NCBI GenBank assembly: GCA_963748815.1 | Contig: CAVVKJ010000010.1 | Span: forward strand, 128,001 to 192,000 | Length of the DNA: 64,000 nucleotides | Direction of reading: 5' to 3' | From: an uncultured Gemmatimonadales bacterium | GTDB taxonomy: Bacteria > Gemmatimonadota > Gemmatimonadetes > Gemmatimonadales > GWC2-71-9 | Shown here: positions 1 through 11,768 of the stretch, piece by piece | Position numbering within the stretch: the stretch's first letter is position 1 | How the letters are laid out: each line of letters opens with the position of its first letter | Translations under genes and position numbers: made by a program | Notes under the pieces: model-generated | The model's database searches: none | Told to the model about the DNA's origin: nothing | What the model saw: only the letters and a program-made list of their open reading frames with translations

Positions 1-479
1 CGCCACAGACCCCGCGACGCCAGTCGAGCCACCGAGGTGCCCGCGGGTGGCTGCTTGCGGTTCAGCACATCCCAGAGCACGGAGGCAGAGCCGAGCGCCG
101 GGTCGAAGGCGCCGTCGCTCACAGACGACCAGGTCAGCGCCGACTGGATGACGAACGCGGTTTCTGCGGACACCGCGACCCCGTCACTCCCGGCGCCAAG
201 GTTCACCCGTCCGATGTCGGAGTCGGACCGGAACCGCGTCATCAGCTGTTCCACCCGCCGCAGCTCCGCGATGGCGGCGTCGATGCTCGCTTCGGCCAGG
301 CGGGGGTCCGAATGCGCCACCTGCACCTCCGCGATGGTGCCCATGACCGGGAACGAGCGTCGGACCAGCTGCAGCCGCTGTCGAAGGGCCAGGGGGATCG
401 AGAGGGCGACGAACACGCCGCTGCCGATGGCGAGGAATTCGCGCCGGGTGGGGCGCCGCCGGAACAGGTCATCGGACAT
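1..479 (-). CDS. apbE: FAD:protein FMN transferase (truncated by window edge)
   Basis: Manual translation MSDDLFRRRPTRREFL...FPVMGTIAEV...MTRFRSDSDIGRVN...SDGAFDPALG; Tat-like RREFL; follows rnf genes. Confidence 0.85.
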   Translation of the reverse strand, partial: MSDDLFRRRPTRREFLAIGSGVFVALSIPLALRQRLQLVRRSFPVMGTIAEVQVAHSDPRLAEASIDAAIAELRRVEQLMTRFRSDSDIGRVNLGAGSDGVAVSAETAFVIQSALTWSSVSDGAFDPALGSASVLWDVLNRKQPPAGTSVARLASRGLW

Positions 480-618
480 CGGTGTCTCCTTCGTGGTCGT
501 ACCGCTCGCAGGAGCGGCCGCATCCGCTGCAGTGTCCGTTGCAGTCGCGGTGGGGCAGCAGGCCGAAGAGGACGAACATGCCGGCGCAGAGCGCCACGGC
601 GATGATGGTGGTGGTCAT
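469..618 (-). CDS. small Cys-rich membrane protein (49 aa)
   Basis: MTTTIIAVALCAGMFVLFGLL...CNGHCSGCGRSC; overlaps both neighbours. Confidence 0.6.
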   Translation of the reverse strand: MTTTIIAVALCAGMFVLFGLLPHRDCNGHCSGCGRSCERYDHEGDTDVR

Positions 619-1193
619 GGCGCGCTCCCCATCCCGGCAAATCCCATGAACGCCATCGAGAGGACCGAGGCGACCACCAGGACCAGCCCCATCCCCCGCG
701 CCACCACCGGCACGTCGGCCACGTCCATGCGCTCGCGGATCGAGGCCATCAGCGACAGCGCGAGTGTCAGCCCCAAGCCGCCGCCGAGCGCAAACACGAT
801 GGACTCCGGAAGGGTGTACTGGCGCGCGGTCTGGAAGAGCGCCAGGCCGAGAATGGCGCAATTGGTGGTGATCAGCGGGAGGAAGATGCCCAGCTGCCGG
901 AACAGCACCGGGGAGAACTTCTTGATCGCCATTTCCACGATCTGTACGCCGGAGGCGATCACCACGATGAACGCGATGGTGCGGAGGAAGGGCACCTGGG
1001 TGAGCACATAGGTGTTGAGGGTCCAGGCGCCCAGGGCGGTCAGCAGCATCACGAAGGTGTTGGCGACGCCCAGCCGCCAGGCGGTGCCGATCTTCGAGGT
1101 GACCCCGAAGAAGGGGCAGAGCCCGAGGAACATCGCCAGCGTGAAGTTGCTGACCAGCAGGGTCGAGACGAAGATCCAGGCGAGGTTGCTCAT
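615..1193 (-). CDS. rnfA: Rnf complex subunit A
   Basis: FLGLCPFFGV and FLPLITTNCAILG motifs; ATGA overlap with rnfE. Confidence 0.92.
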   Translation of the reverse strand: MSNLAWIFVSTLLVSNFTLAMFLGLCPFFGVTSKIGTAWRLGVANTFVMLLTALGAWTLNTYVLTQVPFLRTIAFIVVIASGVQIVEMAIKKFSPVLFRQLGIFLPLITTNCAILGLALFQTARQYTLPESIVFALGGGLGLTLALSLMASIRERMDVADVPVVARGMGLVLVVASVLSMAFMGFAGMGSAP

Positions 1194-1861
1194 GCCACCG
1201 CCCGGGCGCGCCGCCGGCGCGCTTCCGCGACCCAGGCGAGGCAGAGCATCAGGAGGCCAAGGGTCAGGAAGCCGCCGGGGGGCATCACCATGAACACCCA
1301 GGGCTCGAAGTTCGGCCCGAAGACGTTGTAGTTCAGGAGCGAGCCGCGGCCGAGCAGCTCGCGAATGCTGCTGATGAGGACGAGGGCCAGCGTGAAGCCC
1401 AGCCCCATGCCGATCCCGTCTGCCAGGGCGCGCACCGGCCGGACCTTGGCGGCGAACGCTTCGGCACGCCCGAGCACGATGCAGTTGACGACGATCAGCG
1501 GCATGAACGGGCCCAGCGCCTTGCTGATGTCGGGAAAGGTCGCGGCCAGCAGCAGGTCCACGACGGTCACGAAGGTGGCGATGATGAGGACATACGAGGT
1601 GATCCGAACCTCGCCGGGGATCACCTTCCGGAACAGCGACACGAACACCTCGGACCCGACCAGGACCAGGAGGGTCGCCGCGCCCATCGCCAGGCCGTTG
1701 GCCAGCGTGTTGGTGACGGCCATCGACGGGCAGAGCCCGAGCATCTGGATCAGCACGGGATTCTCCCGACTGATGCCGCGCCAGATATCGGCGCCGAACG
1801 CCGCCGGCGGCGGCGCACCGGGAACGAAATCCGGTTGACTGGCGGATGTGCCGGCGGTCAC
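1190..1861 (-). CDS. rnfE: Rnf complex subunit E
   Basis: ENPVLIQMLGLCPSMAVT and PLIVVNCIVLGRAEAFA; GTG start overlapping rnfG stop is inferred. Confidence 0.92.
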   Translation of the reverse strand: MTAGTSASQPDFVPGAPPPAAFGADIWRGISRENPVLIQMLGLCPSMAVTNTLANGLAMGAATLLVLVGSEVFVSLFRKVIPGEVRITSYVLIIATFVTVVDLLLAATFPDISKALGPFMPLIVVNCIVLGRAEAFAAKVRPVRALADGIGMGLGFTLALVLISSIRELLGRGSLLNYNVFGPNFEPWVFMVMPPGGFLTLGLLMLCLAWVAEARRRRARAVA

Positions 1862-2529
1862 GGGGCACCCCCCTGGTGCCAGGCGGCGAGGAGCGGGCTC
1901 CACCTGGCGACGGCGTTGTTGATGATTCGCACCACTGCGCGCGACGAAATGGTGGCCCCGGTGATGGTCTGGACTTCGTCACGCCCGCCGCCGGTTGCGC
2001 CCTTCACGCCCCGGAGGGGCGGGAGGCGGCCGGCAAACTGGCTGGTGAACGCGGTGTCCATCTCGATCTTGTCGCCCAGCCCCGGAGTCTCCTTCTGCTC
2101 CAGGACCCGGAAGCCGATCAGCTCGCCGGTCGCAGGTCTGAACCCGATCATGATGGTCACGTTGTCCTGGAAGCCCGGCTCGGTGCCGGTGATGGCGACC
2201 CCCAGTTCGTTCCCGTCCGCATCGAAGCCGACAAAGGCCCGCGGCGCGCGCTTGAGTCCCTTGGTGGCTGGGGCGGTCCGGGTCAGCGCGTCATCGACCA
2301 GGTACAGGGTGTCCCAGCGCGTCGGCGCGCCGAGCACTTCGTAGACAGCCGCCTTTTCCCGCTCGGCGGCATGCTGTTCGATGGCCGGCAGGGTCCACTG
2401 ATACACCGACGAAATCAGCCAGCCGGAGACGGCCCCGGCGATGGCGAGGGTCGCCACCAGGCGCCACGCAGGCGTACTGGCCCGCGGAGTCGCGGCGGGA
2501 GGGGCGCCGTGTGAATGGGGCGCGGTCAT
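1858..2529 (-). CDS. rnfG: Rnf complex subunit G (FMN-binding)
   Basis: N-terminal TM, ETPGLG, ITGATISS flavinylation motif. Confidence 0.92.
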   Translation of the reverse strand: MTAPHSHGAPPAATPRASTPAWRLVATLAIAGAVSGWLISSVYQWTLPAIEQHAAEREKAAVYEVLGAPTRWDTLYLVDDALTRTAPATKGLKRAPRAFVGFDADGNELGVAITGTEPGFQDNVTIMIGFRPATGELIGFRVLEQKETPGLGDKIEMDTAFTSQFAGRLPPLRGVKGATGGGRDEVQTITGATISSRAVVRIINNAVARWSPLLAAWHQGGAP

Positions 2530-3530
2530 GCCGCCCCCTTCCGCACGGCACCGAAGACGCGGGGCTGCGTGGCGCGGTTGATGAACGGCACCAGCGCGTT
2601 CATGAACAGAATCGCGTACATCACCCCTTCCGGGAGGCCGCCCCAGAGGCGAATCACCACCACCAGCACACCGACCCCGGCCCCGAACACCCAGCGGCCG
2701 CGGTTGGTCACGGGCGACGTCACCATGTCGGTGGCCATGTACACCGCGCCGAGCATCAGGCCGCCGGAGAAGAGCATGAACAGCGCGTCGGGACGCGCGG
2801 CGTCCACGAGGTGCATGACGGTGCTGAGCGCCGCGACCGTCAGGAAGATGCTGGCCGGGATCCGCCAGTTGAGATAGCCGCGGAACGCGAGGTACGCGCC
2901 GCAGGCCAGGATCACGATCGCCGCCGTCTCGCCGAGCGAGCCGCCGGTGTTGCCCATCACGAGATGCAGAAGGTCGGTGCCCTTGCCCTCGAACTTGAGG
3001 AGTCCGAGCGGGGTAGCCGAGGTGATGGCGTCAGTGACGGGATGCATGAACGGCAGGGCGAAGAGATCGCCGCGGAGGGTCCAGAACGACCCGCCGCCTT
3101 CAGGCCAGGTGGTGATGGCCACGGGAAAGGCGGCCTGCAGGAAGGCGCGGCCCACGAGGGCGGGGTTGAACACGTTCTGGCCGAGGCCCCCCCAGACGAT
3201 CTTCCCGAATCCGATACCGAAGGCGCCGCCGAGGGCGGCCATCCAGAGCGGCATGCCGGCCGGCAGGGTGAGGCCGAGCAGGAGGCCGGTGATGACGGCC
3301 GACCCGTCGGCGAGTGAGCCTCCGCGGCCGAACGCCCGCTCCGTGGCCAGCGCGCCCAGCGCCGCGGCACTGATGACCAGCAGGGCGCTGATCCCGAAGA
3401 ACCAGGCCGCCGCCGCGATGACCGGCACCAGCGTTCCGACGACGTTCCACATGATGACCGGCGTGGAGTCCTGCGACCGCACGTGCGGTGACGCCGTGAT
3501 GACGAGGCCCGGCTGGCGGGGCGCGCTCAT
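2526..3530 (-). CDS. rnfD: Rnf complex subunit D
   Basis: ASPH, GGLGQNVFNPALVGRAFL, TSATPL, MATDMVTSP. Confidence 0.92.
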   Translation of the reverse strand: MSAPRQPGLVITASPHVRSQDSTPVIMWNVVGTLVPVIAAAAWFFGISALLVISAAALGALATERAFGRGGSLADGSAVITGLLLGLTLPAGMPLWMAALGGAFGIGFGKIVWGGLGQNVFNPALVGRAFLQAAFPVAITTWPEGGGSFWTLRGDLFALPFMHPVTDAITSATPLGLLKFEGKGTDLLHLVMGNTGGSLGETAAIVILACGAYLAFRGYLNWRIPASIFLTVAALSTVMHLVDAARPDALFMLFSGGLMLGAVYMATDMVTSPVTNRGRWVFGAGVGVLVVVIRLWGGLPEGVMYAILFMNALVPFINRATQPRVFGAVRKGAA

Positions 3531-4853
3531 GCCGCCCCCGCCGCGGCGCGGCGCAGCGCCACCTTGCTGGCCTGGAAGAGCTGGGAGAGCGGGATGTTCG
3601 ACGGGCAGACATAGGAGCACGAGCCGCAGAGCATGCAGTCCGAGAGGTGGGCGTCCGCCATGTCGTCGAACCGGTTGACCCGGGCCAGGTCGCCGAGCAG
3701 CGATGGATTGAGGAAGACCGGGCAGGCGTCGAGGCAGCGGCCGCAGTGGATGCAGGGATACACCTTCTCGAGCCGCGTCTCGTGCCGCTGCAGGACCACC
3801 ACGCCGGTCGTCCCCTTCAGGACCGGGGCGTCGAGATTGGCCTGCGCCTGTCCCATCATCGGCCCGCCGATGATCACCTCGGCGGCATCGGGCGCCAGCC
3901 CGCCGCAGTAGTCCAGCAGGTCCCGCAACTTGGTGCCGACCGGCACGATGAGGTTGGCCGGCTTCACCAGGCCATGCCCCGAAACGGTCACGATCCGCTC
4001 GATCAATGGCAGTCCCGTTTCGAACACCTCCGCGATGGCGGCGACCGACCCGACGTTCTGCACCACCACCCCGACCGTGACCGGCAACTTGCCGGAAGGG
4101 ACCTCGACCCCCGTGACCGCCTGGATGAGCATCTTCTCGGCGCCCTGCGGGTACTTGACGGTCAGCGGAAGAATCGTGATGTCGAGGTCGGCGGGGAGCG
4201 CGCCGCGCAGCGCCTCGATCGCGTCCGGCTTGTTCCGCTCCACACCGACCACGCACTTCGTCACCTTCATGGCGTGCATCATGACCCGGATGCCGAACAT
4301 GCACCCGGGCGGGATACTCCGCCATGGTGCGGTGGTCGGAGGTCAGGTACGGCTCGCACTCGGCGCCGTTGATGATGAGGGTATGGACCGGGAAGTCGGC
4401 GGGCGGGGCCAGCTTGACGTGGGTGGGGAAGGCGGCCCCGCCGAGGCCGACGACCCCGGCCTCCTGTACGGCGCGGACCACGTCGTCGGTGGAGAGCCCT
4501 TCCCAGTGCGGCACCATCCGGGGCCGCGGGACCTGCGCGGCGTAGCGGTCCACCGCGATGCGCACCGCGGTGGACATGGTGCCGTCGGGGTGGGGCCACA
4601 TCCCGATATCGGTCACCCGGCCGGCCGCGGAGGAGTGGATGGGGACCGACACCAAGCCATCGGCCAGCCCGACCGGGTCGCCCCGCTCGACGTGGTCGCC
4701 CACCTGCACGCAGACCGTGGCCGGCTTCCCGGCGTGCTGGCGCAGCGGAAGCACGATCTCGTCGGGGAAGGGCATCCGACGGATCGGGAGCTGATGGGTC
4801 AGCTCCTTCGCCTCGGGCGGGTGGACGCCGTGCCGGAATCCGGGAGAGCGCAT
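3527..4853 (-). CDS. rnfC: Rnf complex subunit C (one frameshift near 4298)
   Basis: GLGGAAFPTHVK and NGAECEPYLTSD in one frame; KYPQGAEK, CIHCGRCLDACP and CMLCGSCSYVCP in another. Confidence 0.88.
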
Positions 4854-4863
4854 CAGCCGGCGC

Positions 4864-7800
4864 TCAGTTGAACTTCGCCGCGCGCGCGATCCACTTGTCC
4901 AGGTCCTTCTCCTTCGGGTTGAGCGGCGTGCCCGGGTGGATGATGGACACCGGGCAGCGTTCCGCAGCGGTCACCAGCTGCTTGAAGGTCCCGGCCGACG
5001 CGTCCTTGACGTAGGCCTGCTTGTCCGCGTTGTAGGCGAACAGCTTCTTGTTGATGTTGGTGCACTCGTCGCAGGTGGTGCACCGATCGGAGTCGATGTA
5101 CGCCTCGAGCGCCATCCCTTCATCCTCATCCACCCCGGCCGGCGGCGTCGGTGCCGGCGCGACCGCAGCCGCGGCCGCGACGGGCGCCACGGCGGCGGGG
5201 GTGGCCGCGTTCGCCGCTGCCGGCGGAGCGGCCGGGGCGGTCGTGACCGCAGTACCGTTCGGCGGCAGCGTCGCGGCGGGGAGCTCCGCGAGGAACTCCG
5301 CAACCGCCGCCGAGCCCCCTGCTTTCGACAGCAACGCCGTGGCGAGCTGGCGGGCCATCTGCGCCGGGTAGCTGGCGCGGAGGTCGGTCAGTTTCTGCTC
5401 GTACTCGGCGCGCAGTGCGGCGCTCCGCGACACGAACTCCTCCTCCAGGGAGGCGGCCACCAGGTCGCGCACGGCAGGCGCCACCTCGAGCCCGGCGAGT
5501 TGCCGGAGCTGCGACCAGAACATCTGCCGCTCTTCCGCCAGCTGCACGATTTCTCGCGACACCCGCAACCGCCGGAGCGTGCGGTCCTTCGTCAGGGCAA
5601 GGATGTACGGGGTCAGGCCGTCTCGTTCCTCGGGGGAGAGGGCGAAATACTCGTGGAACGGCTTCATCTCCTCGTTCCACTCGCCGGCCGGCACCTCCTT
5701 GAAGTGCTGCTTGAAGCGCGCTTCGGTCGCGGCCCAGTCGGCGATCGTCACCGGCAGTTCCAGCGCCTCCTCCGACCCGGACTCGTCGAGGAACCGCAAG
5801 GTGTACGTCGGCCAGAGGTCGTCGACCGAGGGATTGCCCTCGAGGGAGAGCTGGTCGGCGTAGGTCGGGCCGGCGTCGGGGTCGAAGGTGAGGAAGGGGA
5901 ACGCCCGGCTCTCGAGCGCCAGCCGCGCCGCGTGTTGCGACCAGTCGTCCGCCAGGCCGTGCTCGACGGGGCAGGGGGTGTACACGTTGATCAGGACCGG
6001 CCGCCGCTTGTGCAGTCCGCGCAGGACGCCGCCGATCAGGTGCGAGGCGGCGGCCTGCGAGGTCTGGTGCACGTACACGCCGCGGTGGGCGATGGCGAGC
6101 AGCGCGAGCTCCTTCCGGACCTCCGTCTTGCCGTGCTGCGCCTTGCCGAAGCCGGACATGTCGGCCACCTGGCCGGTGAAGCCCGAGGTGCAGGCCTGGC
6201 CGCCGGTGTTCGAGTACACCTGCGTGTCGAGCACCACGACCCGGATCGGCTTGCCGGAGGCCAGCAGGCGCGAGAGGTTCTGGAACCCGATGTCGAGCAT
6301 GGCGCCGTCGCCGCCCATCGCGATGATCGGCGGGCAGAGCGCGAACTCGTCGTCGTCGAATTGGGCCCAGGTGAGGGACGACAGCTCCTCATCGTGCGTG
6401 GCCGGGTCGTAGGAGCCGTCGCGGAGCAGCTCCGCGCGCCGGACCAGCGCCGACGTTGTCGGCCATCTTTCGCATCTGTGCCTCGAAGAGGCCGATCGCG
6501 ATCGACGGCGCGTCCTGGAAGAGGTGGTTCACCCAGGGGAACGGGTAGGGGTTGTAGGGATAGGTGCTGCCCCAGACCGAGGAGCAGCCGGTGCTGTTCG
6601 ACATGCCCAGCGGCGCGCGGCCAGCCCCGCTCGGGCCTGCCTGGTAGCGCCACTTGAGGTCGCGCAGCTCGGCAATGGTCTCGGTCAGGCGGGCGAGCCG
6701 CTCCCGCTTGGCCGCATCCACCGGTACGGCGGCGCTTCCAGTCCCCTTGGCCGCGGCGTCGAGGTCCGCCCCGGAGGCCAGCAGTTCACGGGCGGAGCCA
6801 TCCAGTGCCGTGATCAGCTCCTCGAGGTGGGCGATGTGCTCCTTCACCCGGGGCTGCATCGAGGCGAATATCGCGGAGACGATCAGGTGGACCGCCGTCT
6901 TCTCGCCGCATCCCATGCAGGCGCCGTCGCCGCCGACCATGGAGCGATAGGTGGCCTTCTTGAGGAGGAGCGAGGAGAGCACGCCGATCCCCTCGTCGAC
7001 GTCGGATACGTTGACGAACCGGTCATCGGTGTCCGGCAGCTCCTGCCACACCTCCCAGTTGCGGCGCAGCAGCGCCAGTGAATCGTCGTCCTGCCGGACG
7101 GTGATGAGGGCGCCGTCGGGACAGACGTCCACGCAGAGGTTGCACCCCTTGCATGCCTCCGGATTGACCGTCACCGACAGCAGCCCACCGGTTCCCTTCG
7201 CCTTCCCCTCCACCGCGTCAAAGAAGGGCCGGGTGCGCGCCAGCGGGAACTCCGCCACCCGCTGCTGGACCTGCCCTGCCTCGGCGTCGGTGGCTGCCCG
7301 CCGATCCGCGTCCCACCCCATCTTGTCTGCCACGGACGCGTAGCCCTTCGCGAAGGCGGCTGAGACCGCCAGCTCCGGTTCCTTGGCGAGGAGCCGCTGG
7401 ACCTCGCGGGCCCACGGCTTGACGATCGGGCGCATCCGTTCCAGGCGGTTGCCGTTGGCGGCCGCGGCGACCACCGCGTTCAGGACATCCTCAGGACCGT
7501 TGACCAACCCCGGAATGGCGGCGTCGGGACACTGGGTCCAGCACTGGGCGCAGCCGGTGCAGTTCTCGGCGATGAAGGCGGGAATTTCCATCCGGACGCC
7601 GCTCATGTCGCGCACCGCGCCGGTGGCGGCTGGAATCGCGCTGATGGCGGCGAAGGGATCGGCAATGCCGTCCTGCCCGGTCGTGCAACTGGAGCAGACC
7701 TGCTCCCAGAAGCGGCCGGGGTTGCCGATGCCCGGCTGCGCATCGGCCACATCGAGCATTCGTGGGATGTGTGGCACGGCGCCGGGCGCGTCAGGCGTGA

Positions 7801-9925
7801 TGCTCGCGATTGCCTCGACTGGGTGCACCTCGTCGAAGCCTCGGCGGATGACGCGGACATTGTCCTCCACCACCGCGGTCCCGCGGTGGCCGAACTTCTT
7901 CTTCAGCTGCTCCTTGATCCCCTCGAAGAGCCGCGCCTCGCTCACTTCTTCCTTCTGGAGCATCGGGGAGGCCCGGAAGAAGGCACCGAGAAAGGCGGCG
8001 CCCTGCATCCGGTACCGAAGCTCGACGTCACTCGCCTCTTCCCTGGCGATGGCGAAGGCATCGAGCACAAACACCTTGATCTTCCGATCCCGGATGGTGT
8101 TGCGCGCCTGCGCCGGGAGGGTCAGCCAGAACGCTGTCGGGCGACAGGTCGGTCTGGATGACGAAGATGCCACCGGCCGCCAGCCCCGCGAGCGGGTCGC
8201 TGTGCCGGAAGACATTCGGGTCGGGGAGAGCACCACGTCCACGTGCTTCAGTTCGCAGTTCAGGCGGACCGGGTCGTGGGCGAGCACCGCGTAGAACGTG
8301 GTCGGCTGCCCCTTCTTCTCGGAGCCGTACTTCGGGTTCGCCTTGATCTGCATGCCAAAGAGCTCGAACGCCGTCATCGCGAGGTTCTTGCCCATCGTGA
8401 TGGCGCCCCAGCCGCCCACCGAGTGGATGCGGACCGCGGTGGAACTCTCGGGGAGGAGGTTGATGTCCCCCGCGGACGGCAACGACAGCGCGCCGACATC
8501 GGGATAGCTGTCCAGCATCCGCTCCTGCCAGATCTGCAGCTTCGGCAGGCGGGTGTCCGGCCGAATGAAGTCGATCCCGAGGTAGAACTGACGCTTCCGC
8601 GCACCCCCCGGGAGCATGTTGTCGACCGCCGCGACGATGTCGCCGGGCTGGAGGTCACGGCTGCCGAGCCCGAAGCAGCCGGAGAAGAAGTCGGGGATCT
8701 GAGTGGCCTTGAGGGCGGCTACGCCGGGGTAGGGGAGGTCACCGCCGGCCGCGCGACCATTCTCCTGCGCCTGCGACATGGCGCTGCGGAGTTCGCGGAG
8801 TATCGGCGGATCGACGGCGAGCGGCTGGTCGGTCCGCTCCAGCACCACGACCCCCTTCTTGCCGGCCAGCGCGTGGCTCAGCAGGTCGGCCGGGAAGGGG
8901 CGGAACATCGTCAGGTTGAGCACCCCGACCTTCAGCCCCCGCTTGTCGCGCAGGTAGTCGGCGACGGCCTCGGCGTTGGACACGACCGATCCCTGGCCGA
9001 GGATCACGTACTCGGCGTCCTCGAGCCGGTACCGGCCGATGCGGGCGTACCGCCGGCCGGTGAGGGCGGCATACTCCTCGAACGCCTGATCGGACAGGCC
9101 AAGGATGTGGTCGAAGTAGAAGGGCCGCTGGGCGGCGACGCCTTGCGCGTAGCTCTCCTGGTTCTGGACCACGCCGAGCATCGCCGGGTAGTCGAGGTCG
9201 AACATCTCCGGTATCCGGCGCCGGGTCTCGCCGAACACCATCTGCTGGGCCGGGGTCGGCGACGGGATGCGGTCGGCGGGGTCACCGAGGTAGGTCTTGA
9301 TGAGCTCGCGCTCCGGGAGGCGCAGCGATTCAATGACGTGCGAGGTGAGGAAGCCGTCCTGGGCGCAGATGCCGGGATTCAGCGAGAGCTCGGCGATGCG
9401 GTGCGCGATCAGGTTGAGGTCGGCGACTTCCTGGACGTCCTTGGCGAAGAGCTGGAAGAATCCGGTGTCGTCCACCGCGTGGTAGTCGTCGTGGCCGGCG
9501 TGCACGTTCAGGGCGTGCTTGGTGATGGCGCGGGCCGCCACGTTGAGCACGTAGGTGAGGCGCTTGCCGACGGCGGCATAGAGCGACTCGTGCATGTAGG
9601 CGATGCCCTGGCCGCTCGAGAAGTTCGTGGCGCGGAGGCCCGCCATCGACATGCCGGCGGTCACCGCGGCGGCGGCATGCTCCCCCTCGGGCTCGAAGAA
9701 GAGGAGGCGCCGGCCGTTCACGTTGCGGCTGCCATCGGCCACGGCGGCGGCCCACCCTTCGCCCATCTGGGTCGAGGGCGTGATCGGATAGGCACCGGCC
9801 GCCTCGCCGGCGGCGGTCTCCATGGCCACGACGGCATAGCTGCCGTCAAGCGCCTCGAGGGTTCCCGGGAAGGGAGGAGGCGCCGGCGCCTTCGCGTCGC
9901 GCTTGGGCCGAAAGATCGAGGTCAT
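4864..9925 (-). CDS. pyruvate/2-oxoacid:ferredoxin oxidoreductase, single-chain NifJ-like, with C-terminal ferredoxin (frameshifts near 8222, 8135, 6450)
   Basis: AYPITPST, KYGSEKKG, CTGCAQCWTQCP, CKGCNLCVDVCP, ACMGCGE, GGDGAMLDIG and YSNTGGQ (TPP), terminal CTTCDEC...CP. Confidence 0.88.
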
Positions 9926-10761
9926 GCTGCCGCACTCCTGGACAGGGAAGGCTCCGGGACGAACTGGATCCCGTGGAGCCAGACAATCGCGCCGGTCGGG
10001 CACCTGGCAATGGCGTCCTGATCGGCCTGCGCATCAAGGTCGTAGTTCACCACTGCGACGCCGCTGGCGACGCTGATCAACCCATCGGCGGCGTCCTGCA
10101 CGCACTTGCCGCACGCGGTGCACGCCACCGTGCACTGCTCCAGCACCGCGTCGCCGTTGAGGAGATTCTTGCACTGCACCAGCAGGTGGGTGTCCGCCGG
10201 GAGCATGGTGAACAGCCCCTTGGGGCATGCCTCCACGCAATCGCCGCAGGCGGTGCACCTGGCCGGGTCCACGGCAGGGAGCCCCGTGGCGGTCATGGTG
10301 ATCGCGCCGAAGTCGCATACCCGCTCGCAGTCGGCGAGCCCCAGGCATCCCCAGGCGCACCCCTTGCCGCCCCCCGCCACGGCGGTGGCCGCCGCACAGG
10401 TCTGGAGCCCGCGATACTCCGCCAGCGAGCCCGCCACGTCGTGCCCGCCGGCGCATTGCAGCCGGGCCACCCGCCGTACCGCCGTGCCCGCCTCGACGCC
10501 GAGGAACCCGGCGATGGCCTTGTGCGAGTCGTCGGTGCCCACCGTGCACTGACTCGGCTGCACCAGCCCCTCGACCGCCTGTTCCGCAAAGGCGCGGCAC
10601 CCCGGCAGCCCGCACGCGCCGCAGTTGGCGTTGGGCAGCAGGGACGCCACGACGTCGATCCGCGGGTCTTCCCACACCCAGAGCCGACGGTTGGCCAGCG
10701 CGATCAACACCGCGAAGACCAGCGCCACGCCGCTGAGGATCAGGACCGCGAGCATCGTCAT
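9922..10761 (-). CDS. rnfB: Rnf complex subunit B (polyferredoxin)
   Basis: N-terminal TM, LPNANCGACGLPGC, CLGLADCERVC, CTACGDCVEACP. Confidence 0.9.
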   Translation of the reverse strand: MTMLAVLILSGVALVFAVLIALANRRLWVWEDPRIDVVASLLPNANCGACGLPGCRAFAEQAVEGLVQPSQCTVGTDDSHKAIAGFLGVEAGTAVRRVARLQCAGGHDVAGSLAEYRGLQTCAAATAVAGGGKGCAWGCLGLADCERVCDFGAITMTATGLPAVDPARCTACGDCVEACPKGLFTMLPADTHLLVQCKNLLNGDAVLEQCTVACTACGKCVQDAADGLISVASGVAVVNYDLDAQADQDAIARCPTGAIVWLHGIQFVPEPSLSRSAAA

Positions 10762-10765
10762 CGGG

Positions 10766-11768
10766 TCAGCTCCCGGGGAGCCCGGACTGGCCGAGCAGCC
10801 AGCTGGCAATCCGGTCGACCGCATCCTCCGCGCCCACCGCCGGCTTGGCGGATCCGCCGTTCACCGGAATGCTGAACGGCGTGCGGCCGAGATCGGCAAG
10901 GAGCGTCCGCTCCTCGGCCATTTGCCAGGCACTGGTCCCGCCCAACGCCTTTCGGGGGTCCTCCCCGAGGGTCCGGACGGTCAGGCGCTGCCACGGTTCG
11001 CGTCCGGCCGTCGGGTCGTGCAGGAAGGCCGCGGCGCCCTCGGGCATCACGGCCGCCACCGCCGGCCCGTCGAAGGCGGCGACCCGATCGAGTCCGGTGC
11101 CGTCGATGGTCTGGAGGACCAGGGTGCCGGGGGTGATGCAGCGCGCGAGGGGGGCCGGGGCGGCGGCACCGCGCACCACCAGCACGATCTTTTCGCGGCC
11201 GTCGGCGAAGTCACTGAGTGCCCCGACGTGCAGGTCGGCGCCGTCGAGGAGGACGATCAACGGCGGGGCGATACCGCCGCGCCGCCTTGCTCCAGGCCCG
11301 GAACTCCACGGGATCGAGGAGCGCGTCGTGTTCCTCGGCCCGGTACCGGCCGCCGCGCACCACCTCCGACAGGATGACGGCGCCGAAGGCACGGCCGATC
11401 TCCGCCAGCGCATCGCCCACCGCCACGCCGAGCCGGCCGCCCTTCTTCAGGTCGACCAGAAAGGCCTGGTCGCCCTGGTCGCGGAGTCCCTGAAGCGTCG
11501 CGATGGCCCGGTGCAGCGCGGCAAGCGCCGCCGGTTCGACCGGGCTGACGGTGGGAAAGAGCTCCGCAAAGCGGGCGGCGTTGACACGCCCGGCGGCAAA
11601 GCCGCCGAGCTCCATGCCGGCGCGCCGGGCGCGCTGGCCGGCGTCGGCCGCCTGTTCGACGAGAAACGCCTCGGCCTGGGCGAGCGCTCCCTCGATCAGG
11701 GAGCGGAATTCGGCGATCGGCTGGGCCATCGCCGCCACCGCGTCGGAAAATCGGGTGTCAGACGGCAT
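10766..11768 (-). CDS. hypothetical protein of the oxidoreductase/rnf cluster (frameshift near 11275)
   Basis: Two ORF pieces (11211-11768, 10766-11413) join into one; tightly packed between neighbours. Confidence 0.6.

Noticed and set aside
2526..4853. Apparent RnfC-RnfD fusion (775 aa) and alpha-beta oxidoreductase fusion (12208-14703) in the ORF track
   Set aside because: Artefacts of frameshifts; each gene has its own overlapping start and stop once frames are corrected.
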